From Trichinella spiralis (taxonomy: Eukaryota), in NCBI RefSeq assembly GCF_000181795.1, contig NW_003526941.1:8326994-8372617 (forward strand): a DNA stretch of 45,624 nt, given 5' to 3'. Under the pieces are notes generated by a model. It searched no databases. It had not been told where the DNA came from and was given only the letters and a program-made list of their open reading frames with translations. The position numbers and the translations under genes are program-made. Of the stretch, positions 14,301 to 25,755 are shown piece by piece (within the stretch, counting starts at the first letter, position 1; each line of letters starts with the position of its first letter).

Positions 14301-17072
14301 TAATTGTTTCATCTGAAATTCGGAATTCAAAAGACGCAAGGCGCATTCCGCGATCCGGGCATGAATCATTTCTTTTATGATTGGCTTCTTTTTGCCGCAC
14401 CGCTGTTTCAAAAATTGCCATCTCTTCCTGTATGTTGAGATGAAAATGATGATAAGAAGCGTCGACGTTGATATTTTCTTTTTTCATTATTTCTTCTCTC
14501 CCTCTCTTTATTATTATTATTATTACTTTTTTTACGGCAACATCTGCTTTTATGTTTCATGCCTTCCTATCTTTTTCTTTCTGTTTGCTTCAAATTAGCT
14601 GGCTAGCTAGCAGCTAGCTCTGCACGCACAATGCATACACACAAACTTGACGCAATTTTGTTGAATTTGTGGATAAATCTGCTTCTTTTTTTTCAGAATA
14701 TCAGAATTAACATTGGAACAGTAAGACAATGAGTGCTTTTCAACTTTATTCGATCAGATTAATTTTTAATATCATATTAATAATCAGATGTAGAAATCTA
14801 TTATTCATAGTTTTCACATTTGCAAGTTTCAACTGTTACATTGCAAAGCTGCAAAATAATAGTAATAATATAAGCAAAAAGTGTCATATTTGTGAGAGCA
14901 ATTTTTCTTTCAAATTTATTATTTCGCATAAATTGAAATGGCAATGGGAAAGTTGTTTTCGTAATGTTGTTTGTTGTTAATATTCTAAGAAGAAGAAAAA
15001 GAAGAAATGCTCGATTTTTAATAGTTCCAAACTTAAATTCTTTGGGTCAGAGAAAATGATGAGGGTTGTTTTTATATTGTTTAACAATTTCAGGTAAAAT
15101 AACGTTTTTAAATTTCAATTTAAATTATAATTGTATCAAATATCAAATGTGTGATGGGATATGGATAGTTTGATTTGCAATTTCAATGAATAGAATAAGC
15201 AGAAATGTGTGTGTGTTATGTCACGTGTCTAATGTGATATTGAGAAATTGTTTTCTTTTTTTTTCGTAAATTATGCTAATAATTTGCTATAATATTATCA
15301 TTTCTTTTTGTTTGTCGTTTTTAAACAGCAGATCAGTTTGCAAACTTGTCGATTGATTAATAATGGAAATAGTTGGTTGAGTGTTGCAATCAGTGGGAAA
15401 GAAAAAAGCATTGTGCGATAATTAAATGTTTAAAAAAATCTAAAGTTCCTGTTGTTGCGGTGTAAAAAATTGGAATTTGAAGCATTTCGAATATTGTAAA
15501 TTTGGATGTTTGTTTAGTTTTTTTCTCATAGCTATTTGTTAAGCCGTTGTTGTGGGTTTCTTCCAAATGTTAGCGCACAATATTTTTTCTTTGCTTTTGC
15601 TTCTGCTTTTTTTTTCTGAAATTTCCACTTGAACAACTGTGATTGTCTTTGATGAATTGTTTGTAAAGATGGACATTTTTTATCCGCATTATTCAAGCTA
15701 TGCTCGGTGTGTTTAATTAGAAACGCGAGATCTATAAACAGTTTGTTATTTCGAACGTAGTGCGCGCGCATGCGCGTGTAGAAGAGGGAAAATTCATCAA
15801 ACTCCTCTTTCCACATGCAACATGCGACGTCAAAGCGTTGGCGTTTTCGAGAGTTTCTGATCAGTTTAATACTTTTTTTTATTTTACATTTTCGTTTTCA
15901 AATTTATTCGTACAATTAATAAATGATTAGGGTTTGAGAATTTATGAGAATATTTAAAAAAAAAACTATATATATGTATATTTATGTTATATTGCACAGA
16001 AAAGTGAAAAAGTGCGAGGGCAATTTGAAGAAACATTTTAGCAGATGCAGTTCAGCAGTTTTATAGCCAGCCATTAGTCGGTTAATTTTGATTGAAAAAT
16101 AGCTGGAAGCGACAGCCAACAGCAGCGGCAGTAGTAGTAGCTGTTGTTGTTGTTGTTGTTGTTGTTGTAAGAAGATGGATAAGTTGGCTGGATATTTTGT
16201 CATTTGCATTTGTTCGTTTGGTCTGAGTTTGCAATTTTGATGCAATCAAATTTTGTCCATCTTAAAATGTCCATTTTTTGTTCAAATTGTATCAAATCCG
16301 AGTTCAAATTCAATCAAAAAATTTTTACTTTTATATTTAGTTAACTTTCGTTATTGAAAAAATTCCATTTTCACGCTGCTATTCAGTCGCCAAATGTGAA
16401 AGTTGTAACCATCTCGTATTCTGCTAATGATACACGCTTAAATTTGCATATAAATAACAGAGTTGTATTGGTTTGCTTAGATTAAGTTGTTTGTTGCAAG
16501 AGAAAAAAAATTGATCATTTTCACTTACTCAGCGGAAAGTTTTGTCAGTGCTATTTATATATATTCCACCCTTTGGCTATGCTGCTTTTTCTCCTGAGCG
16601 TGGGAAAAAAGCGCACGAACATTTGTTTAAATTGTTGGGATTGGCGAGTTGGAGGGAGACTTATGTTTAATTCGTTCATTTTTTTTCTTTCTTTTGGTTT
16701 TTCTTTTGTCAAAGAATAGAGAGAATTTTTTGATATTTCCATTTTTTCAAATTCTCATCCTTTTAAATTTTCTCTGCGTAATGTGGCACGAAATTTTAAA
16801 TGAAGAATCGATAATTGTGATTTTTACAATGTCGGTTTTTATGGTCTTCCTTTCCCTCGCTTGCTTAGTAAAGAGAAAATGAAAGCAATAAAAATTTAGA
16901 TCAGGGGATAATTTATTGTTATGTCTTATGGTAGTATAGCGCTAAAATTGTGATGGTTTATTTTTAATGGAAAAAATCAGTCACCGATAAATTTTAAATT
17001 ATCTTTTTACAAATCAGATAATAACGATTTGTTCTTCAGTTTTAATTAACCCTTTGATGGATTGTTGGCGAT

Positions 17073-18621
17073 AGGTACGTTGTTGGATTGTTGGGGTAGG
17101 CCACACCCCACTTTAGAAAAACACGTGTAAAAAGCTGGGAGTATGTTCAACTTTTATGAAATTTATTTTATTGGATAGTTCGAAGAATTCTGTACATGAT
17201 GGTATCAAAGCATTTCCAATTTTAATAATTTTTTGGCATTTTATTGGCAAAAAATGCGACAAAATTTTGGTTAAAAAATCGTCTTTTTTCAGTTTTTTTC
17301 TTCGCGTGGACTTAATTTTGTAAAATTCGTGAAACGAATTACATTATTGAATAGAGCACGTTATTCTGCACATTTTGATACCAAACTCAGGTCTATAGTC
17401 TTTTTTTTGGTTCCGTAAAGACTTCGTTTATCTAAGCCCTTTCTATACTTTTAACATAAACATATGGAAAAGTGTTGAGCAGGAAATCGATATTCCACAT
17501 TTTTTTTTGATTTCAGTATCTATAATTTATTTATTTCTATGTATTTTGATTAAAATTTTATTATTTGAAATAAATTTCAAGTCTCTTCTAGCTGAAAATT
17601 CAACAAAATTGACGTAATAAATCTGTTGATCTTTCTTTATTTGAAAGTGTTAGGATTAACATCACAATGCTCACAGTAGCTGCGCAGATGTTCATTGCAG
17701 CATATCTTTCTACACTTTATGCAGCTAGATCTTACTTTTTTGTCACGTTTTCTTCCACAAAAGACGCATCTTCTATAGATGTGTTTTTCATCTTTGCTTG
17801 CTTCTGACCGCTCGGTTGACGTCGCTGTTCCTATTTGTTCAATCGCTTTCCTTACTGTGTAAGGAAGGGATTGCGGGGGACTGGCAGCCCGTTTCTGAAG
17901 AACGATGTCCACTAAATTTTTGCCACACTCCATTAAAATTAGTCTTCTACGCTGCGACTTTCGGGCGTTCCAATCTGGATTTTTGCATGTCCAAATAACA
18001 TATGTTGCTAGACCTGCGCAATCTAAAGTAGTGAACCATAGAACCATTGGCCACCGCCGGCCATCAACAGATTTATTACGTCAATTTTGTTGAATTTTCA
18101 GCTAGAAGAGACTTGAAATTTATTTCAAATAATGAAATTTTAATCAAAATACATAAAAATAAATAAATTATAGATACTGAAATCAAAAAAAAATGTGGGA
18201 TATCGATTTCCTGCTCAACACTTTTCCATATGTTTATGTTAAAACTATAGAAAAGGCTTAGATAAGCGAAGTCTTTTCGGAACCAAAAAAAACGACTATA
18301 GACCTGAGTTTGGTATCAAAATGTGCAGAATAACGTGCTCTATTCAATATTGCAATTCATTTCACGAATTTTACAAAATTAAGTCCACGCGAAGAAAAAA
18401 ACTGAAAAAAGACGATTTTTTAACCAAAATTTTGTCGCATTTTTTGCCAATAAAATGCCAAAAAATTATTAAAATTGGAAATGCTTTGATACCATCATGT
18501 ACAGAATTCTTCGAACTATCCAATAAAATAAATTTCATAAAAGTTGAACATACTCCCAGCTTTTTACACGTGTTTTTCTAAAGTGGGGTGTGGCCTACCC
18601 CAACAATCCAACAACGTACCT
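17073..18621. repeat. Long inverted repeat: arms 17073-17630 and 18063-18621, spacer 17631-18062
   Basis: Direct comparison shows the right arm is the reverse complement of the left arm, with about 10 substitutions and one 1-nt indel by manual count. Confidence 0.95.
17637..18062 (-). pseudogene. piggyBac transposase C-terminal fragment including the cysteine-rich domain
   Basis: Open frame RRWPMVLWFTTLDCAGLATYVIW...RRRLILMECGKNLV...RRCVFCGRKRDKKVRSSCIKCRKICCNEHLRSYCEHC. The RRWP motif and C-terminal Cys/His cluster are typical of piggyBac (PGBD4-like) transposases. The catalytic DDD core is missing. Confidence 0.9.
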
Positions 18622-21600
18622 TTTAAGTTTACGATGTTCTGTAGACCGAACAAAAAATCCTGGAACATTGAAATTTTTTTCAAAATATGTCTTATTGTTT
18701 CAACAGAGATGTCACAAAGCTTCAGACTATAAAAATGAAAATTGACAGAATGCGACGAAAAGAAAACCCCCTGGGGTGGGCTCTACCCCAACAATCCATC
18801 AAAGGGTTAAAATACTGCATGAGAGATTTTTGAATGGTTAATTTTTAATTTCTATTCGTTGTAACACGGATTGTATTTATTATTGAAATGAAGTTTCAAT
18901 GAATAAAATACACAAGCGGCACGCACACGTTTAAACGTTATTTTTTGCTTAATTTTCGTGTTGCCTATTTTTTTGCTTTAAAAGTGAAATGGGTAAATTT
19001 GAAATGTTGAAATCTGCAATTGTGGGTAAAATTGTATAAATAAATATTGCATTGTATTGTATTATGTGATTGTGAATTGTAATTCAAGAAAACATTACCA
19101 TTTCATAAGTTGTGTTGCACACTGATTATTTATTTCAAAATTAATGTGCAATGAATTTTATCATTGGAAAAAATTTTTGCTAATTAAATGACACATGGTT
19201 GATCGATATTATTGGATGTTGTTAAGAATGTGAAAATAAAGACCGACATGAAGGTGCTGCATGTTGTTGTAATAGATGCTAGTATTGCTGTTGGTCGAGG
19301 GGCTGTGCAGTCATCATCATCATCAGTCTCATCATCATTGGCGTCGAGCTTTTGATGACCAATTCGGGTAATAGATGGGAAATGGTCTGTCGCTTTTGCA
19401 TTTAAACGTTGTTTGTTGAATTAATAAATCATTTTCACCAAGATCAATAAGCATTTAAGCTCTTTCCGTTGTATGTATTGATTTGCCCCGTTTCCGGCGG
19501 GGCACTTCAACTGGTTGGTTGCATTTCATCTGGCATGCGCATTTGTACACACTGGCTTAAAAAGTACATTCCACAAAGTCGGGTATTTGTTTGTTTTTTC
19601 ATTTTAATTTATGCTTGATTTATATATTTGATTGAAAAGAGTTTGAAAATGATTTCAATTATCATTGTTGCTATCAGTTGCAATTGTCAAAAGAAAAGGA
19701 AGGCATCATTTTCACAAGTCTTTTGTTCAAAATTCTGTTCTGCTTGACAAAATCATTTCATTATTTTTCTTTTGTAATTTTACATTCTATTGAATCTCGT
19801 AATATGCAGATGAATATGCATTCAGATTTTATTTTTCTCGAAAATCTTTTCATCTCCTAACCGTCCGTATTCTTTGGGATTCAGTGGGATATGATCAGTG
19901 CCACAACAGCTGAGATTGTCATCTTTTGATGATAAAATTGATATTTTTGTTTATTAAAAAATTTGTTTTTAATATTCTTATCAATGGAAGAAAATTTTTC
20001 AGCATTTATGGCGACCATTTGATAGTATAAATTGTAGTGTATGAAAATTGATGTTTGAGAACTGTAATAATAATAATAATAAGGTAGTTGCACAAATTTC
20101 AACCATAGAATATATTTATTAAGATGTAATTGATGAAGGGAAAATTATTTCTGATATGCTATCAAATGAACAGCAACAAAAAAAACGAAACAGTTACGTG
20201 TGTTGCTAGAAAATGTGTATGTGTGTGAACTTTGTTGCTTGGAATTGGAAAAATTTATAGAAGAATGGTGGAGGAATTTGTGGAATTTGTTTAAACAAAT
20301 ATTTTGGTAAAAGAGGAAAAAAAAGAAGAGCACACGTTTAGTTTTTAGCAGTTTTTTGAAAAAATTTACAAGAACATTTTTGCATATGTTGTGTGGAATT
20401 TTTTTTTGTTTTATGGTAAATGGGTTGTTTAGTCAGTGATTGTTGCATTAATTTTAAAATTAATGTCATGCTTTTTTGTTCATCATTTTTCTGAAAAGAT
20501 GTGATGAAAGTGATTCCTTCAATTTCATACCATGCAAGAAGCACGAAGTAGATCTTCTTCGGTGTTGTTGTAGATATTTCTGTACTGTTGTTGGAAATGT
20601 GCGTTCGTTCCACTACCATTACTTTCATATTTTGCAAATATTTTTTGATATATTTTAAATGAAATGAACAACTATGTTGCATTTTTGTTCTTTCAAACGT
20701 CGAAATGCTCAACAAATTCAGCTAAAGCTGCAAAGGTGAGAAACATCATTCATTCATCATGCTACACATGCACAGTAAACACACAGATTGTTGCATGTCG
20801 ACTGGCAACAAACACGGCTCTTCGACGTCTGTTGTTCGTTTGTTGTTTGGTTCTGGGGTTTTATATTGGTGACGTGTGTGTATTTTTTTTTTGCTGCCGC
20901 TGACTCAGCTGAAACGTTCATCAACTGCTATAAAGCGTTTTGGAACATTTCGCTCGATTCCATGCTCTGAGCTCAGTCATTCACTCCCACAAGCAGACAG
21001 GCAGGCAGGCAGACAAGCAGAGTTAGCCCAACTTCCCGCATCCCCTATGTTCCAGTCCTCCAAGACAGTCTGGCTGTCCAGTATGATGAATGCTTTAATT
21101 TCACTTTTGATTATTCTTTAATATGGATGTGAAGTAATGATAATTTTCATTTTGTGAGATGATTTGTTGTGAAAACATTATTAGGCGATTTTCAATTTTA
21201 TTATTATTTCAGTTGGTGGAATATTTGACTTTTTTCCTCAAAGAATTTCAACTTTCAACTGGCGGGCGGATAAATAATATTCACTTCAATCCCCTTTATG
21301 CTGGAATACTGGTAGCAAATGTAAAACCAGTTGAAAATGTTCGCTCGCTTGCTTTGCTTACTTGCTTGCTTGGTTGTGCTTTCATCTTCTCATCTTGCTT
21401 TCATAAATTGAGTGCTGTTTTTGAAGTTCAAAGACTCGAGACCGCTTGTTTGCAAAAATTCTCTATGCTTATTACGTTTTGAATTTGCTTCTTCTATTTT
21501 TTTTCATTAACTTATTCTCTCTACACACCTAACAAAAGTGTTTATTGCAAAAAAATGCAAAAAGAAGAGGAGGATTATTTTCGTTTAATTATAAACTGAC

Positions 21601-24600
21601 AGCCAGCCCCTACACCACCACCATCTGCATTATCTATTATCAGATGCTGCTGACATTTACGGTGGTACCACCACCATCGATAGCATCATTTATTTGTTCA
21701 GAATATTGCGATAGTTTGTCATGATTTATTTTTTTTTCGAATTTCCCAACTTCAGCAAAACAAAATGTATATAGCTTTTAATAATATTGAAATTGAATCT
21801 CCGGGAATGGATTTTCTCATTTCGTATATTTTATGTTTGTTTCTTTTTTGGGTCGATGTTTCATTATATATATAACAATAATGTTGCTATGTTGAACAGA
21901 AGAAACAGAATGCGAAACGGCAACGATATTCAAAAGCTGTGACATTGCTCAACTATTGATGCAGCTTTTTTCTTATTTTTGGTGTTTCATTCAATGAAAT
22001 TCATTGCAACTTTTCATTTTGTTATGATTTTTTTTCTTGTATAGTTTTTTTGCTGAAAAATTGCAGAAAATATCTATTTTGTATCTGCAGAAGTGTTGTA
22101 AGAGCAGGAAATGTTGACTTCAGGGATTACGGTTATATATGAGCAGAGTTTGCCAAGTATTGTAGAGATGATTTGCGTTTTCTAGCCTTGGATTTTGTTC
22201 TTCATAAGAGACGTATGCTAGAGCACTAGAGAGCAACAACATTTATCTTCATTTCTTAGTTAATTTAATGGTGAAAGAAATGTCATTGTCAATTCTGATG
22301 CCCTTGTTTAATTAAACTGGTCACTGGTTGAATTGATTTTGCACTTGCTGTTTGTTCCACTGCAATTTTCAAGCAATTTTTTTTTCTTTCAGTCAGTATA
22401 ATTTTTTCTTCAAAAATTTTAAAATTATCATTTTTTTTCTCTTATTTAAAATCATAATTAATAAATTCACGTCCATCAGACAGTCTCTTTCGTCAGATAT
22501 GCTGTGCAGTAGTGGTGAGGATTTTTTGCGAAAATTATAAACTTCCACGTTGATATTCTATTTTTAACAGTAGCATTAGTTTAGTAGTGGTTCACTCTGC
22601 AGTTATTTATTTTTAATCTTTCCATATAGTCGATTTTCATGATCATTTTTCTTGATAAATTGTTTCAAATGATCATAAATCGTTAAATAAAACTGACAAG
22701 CTAGTAGTTAATTGTTTTTCGTTTCATTTTTCAATCGTGGAATGGAAAGTGCGCACACACTTCCCAGTGTAAGTAAGATGCTTAGTATGCGATGCATTTC
22801 TCTTTTCCAAATGCATATTATTTACATTATGTCATTTGCTGTTTGTTCAATTTGTGCAAGATTTCAACGTCAACAAATGAATGAATGGTAGGTGATTGCA
22901 ATGAACAAATTAATACACCTTTCTCTTAATTTGATAGTAAAAATGAAATTTGATAGGCAGTTTTCATTTTATTATTTTTTTAATCTTTTTGTCAAATAAA
23001 ACGGTGCAAACGAACAAACAGTGTTGTTTTACATATTAGGAGATTATTAAACATTGTCCAATGAGACGAGTGGGAACTGCATGCAATTGTTTTTGTTCTT
23101 GGAAATGATTCTGCTTCATTTGTTCAGAAAGTTTGTTTGGTTGTTGGTATGTGGATCTTTTCTCGTACTGTGCTTTTTGCACAATGAATTATAACCAATA
23201 GTGTAAGCATTTGCTTTTCTTTTTCTAAAGTTGATCTTGCAGAATTTGAGCCGTAATTATTTCGAGTACATGATTTTCATATTACGGTCACACTGTTGGC
23301 AATTTATTTGTTCGAATGGTTTGATTAGCATTGGAATTGAATTTCAACATGACCATACTGAAAATTTTAAATTTGAATTAATTTTTGTGAAAGGCTTTGA
23401 AAATTAGTGTTAATATGAAATATTATGTCATAATTTGTTTTATCAAACAACACTGGCCAGGCCGGCTTGGTTGTAAAATGTGTTACAATGTTGCGGTGAC
23501 AAATGAACCCCCCTCCCATTTCAAAAAAAAAGAGAAAGATATGTTGTTAAATTTCAAATGGCAGGTGAAATTGAATATAATTTCACACACGGTGACATTG
23601 ATGAGAGCAAATTTTGCTTGCCTAGTTGGTTGGTTGGTTTAGTTACTTACCTTTGCACAGTGCGTGCTACTCACGGTTGTGACAGAGCAGTTTTGTATTT
23701 TGCAATTACAATTCGAAAACAATCCTGTCATTTCATCTTCCAGATATTTATCAAGGAATGAAATGGAATATGCAAATTTTGTTTCTTATCAGGTTTTCCA
23801 TTTTATTTCCGCATTTGATTTTGATTTCCTTTTCTGTTTTCACAGCGCAAACGTTTTCTAACAACAGCAACAATATTTTCAAGCATTCAAGACAGTGAAT
23901 TGTGTTTTCAATGTGGTGCACTGTTCAATATTGAATGAAATGTGTGTCATAAATTTTGATTTTGATGGAAATTTTCAATTTTGGCCTAATTGTGTTCAAA
24001 CTCTCCTCCTAATTTGTTGTATAATTTGAATGTTCTTTCTTGTCGTTTGTTTTTGACGTCAAAAATTTGAATTGGAAAAAGCGAATTGTGAAAATGGGCA
24101 ACAGCAGCAGCAGCAGTTCGTTGTACGGAGAAGTTCAGAGGTGGAAGGATGATTTGAGTGGGAAAACGTTTCTGTATCCAAATTGGACAATGTCCATTCA
24201 GAGAAGTTTGTGTGTGTTTTTTTAAAGAGCATCTATTTGTCGTTGTCGTCGTCTATGTGACTTGCTGATGTTGTTTGCTGAAGTGACTGAAATTGGCCAT
24301 TCACGTATGTTTGTGTGTGTGTGAGTGTGATAATGCTTTCAAAGATCGATCAAGTGGGGTAAGGATGGGATGGGATGGGGTGGGGTTCGGGTTTGGATGA
24401 TGAATAGGCGGTATACAGAAAAGTGAGCTACAACATGCCAGCCAGAGGGGAGAAATTGGCAAGTTGGTTGTGCCGTATTGTTTAGATGCCATTCGTCGGA
24501 CATCGCTTCATTGTTGTCTTTTTATTATTGTTAACACCGTTTTTCCCTCACACTGTCATTTGATTGATTTTATTATTTTTAGCAACCAAGGATTTTTTTG

Positions 24601-25755
24601 TTTTTGTTTTATCCATTATTGTTGTTTGTAAAATAGAATTTGCTTGGTCCTTCGTTGTGTTTGTGTGTGATGTTGGTGAAATTTCAAACTGCTGTAGCTG
24701 CTATATGCTTTATTGTCGTTGCCGGCATTGTTGTTTACTTTTAGTGCAGTATTTCAGTGATAACGGCAACGTTGTTGTTGTCTACATATGTCGACGATAC
24801 TATCGTTAGCGTAAAATAATTCAGCTTTATTTGTGAAGTAATGAATCGTGCTTTGTCAATCAATGATCGTCTTGTGCAATTGGTTATCAACAGCAGAAAG
24901 TAGAGAGAGAGACAGAAGCATTCAACGGAGGCTTGATGATTTTTATTTCTGTTGTAAAGAATGTTGACCAGCCATTAATACATACTAATAATAATAATAA
25001 TCATGCATCACTTTTTGTGCACATGCTACATGTATATACTACAATAGTAGAAAAATTTACTGAGAGAAATGACATTTTTGTTGTACGCGATTTTCCCATT
25101 CTATTTTTCCTTTCGCTAAAATTGTTGGCTTGTTGTGGTCGATTGGCATTCTTTTTTCTCTCTTGTATATTTTGTGTTTTGGTTATTTTTATTTTTTCAG
25201 ATTGTTGGTTTGCTTTTTTGCTTTATTACTTCGATGCTGCTTGCGGGTTGTAGAAAGGTTGGTACAATTGTTACTGCTGTCAACGTTTCTTCTGTCGCCA
25301 AAATCGCCGCCGTCACCATTGTCAACGCCACCCTCTTCAGTTCATCAATAATAATAATAATAATAATTATTATTATTATTGTTGTATCTTCAATTTCTGC
25401 TTTCTCCTTCTTTTTCTGTGCTGCTTCTGACTTTTGTAGTTGCTTCGGTCGCGGCTTGCTTGCCAATTGTCAAATTGTTGCTAATCATCATCTTCTACGC
25501 TCATCATTTCCAAATTTCAACCTTTTCAACAGTCATTCTGCTGCCGGTTTTCCTATTGCCTGAATAACACAAGCACCACAGCGACAGGGCTACTACATTT
25601 ATTTATTCTTTTATTTTTCTATTTTTTTTGCTAGTCAGCTTCAAATTTCTTTTTATTTTTTGAATATTTCCTTTTCTGTTCTTTTTTTTTCACCCATTTG
25701 CAAAGAATAATCACCACCACAGTCGCTGCCGCCACTACCCTTCTCTATATCTGTC

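Larger units (their letters stand above)
17050..18806 (-). mobile_element. Non-autonomous, internally rearranged piggyBac-superfamily DNA transposon (1757 bp)
   Basis: TTAA target-site duplications at 17046-17049 and 18807-18810. Perfect 19-bp terminal inverted repeats CCCTTTGATGGATTGTTGG (17050-17068) and CCAACAATCCATCAAAGGG (18788-18806). Internal transposase remnant on the minus strand. Confidence 0.95.

Noticed and set aside
15982..16245. Poly-Q ORF on the minus strand
   Set aside because: Produced by a (TTG)n microsatellite; no domain or splice support.
18321..18732. ORFs inside the right arm of the transposon
   Set aside because: They lie in the inverted copy of non-coding terminal sequence; no transposase similarity.
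25135..25563. 142-aa hydrophobic poly-Ile ORF as a membrane protein gene
   Set aside because: Driven by (ATA)n(ATT)n repeats in the probable mbl leader; at most a uORF.
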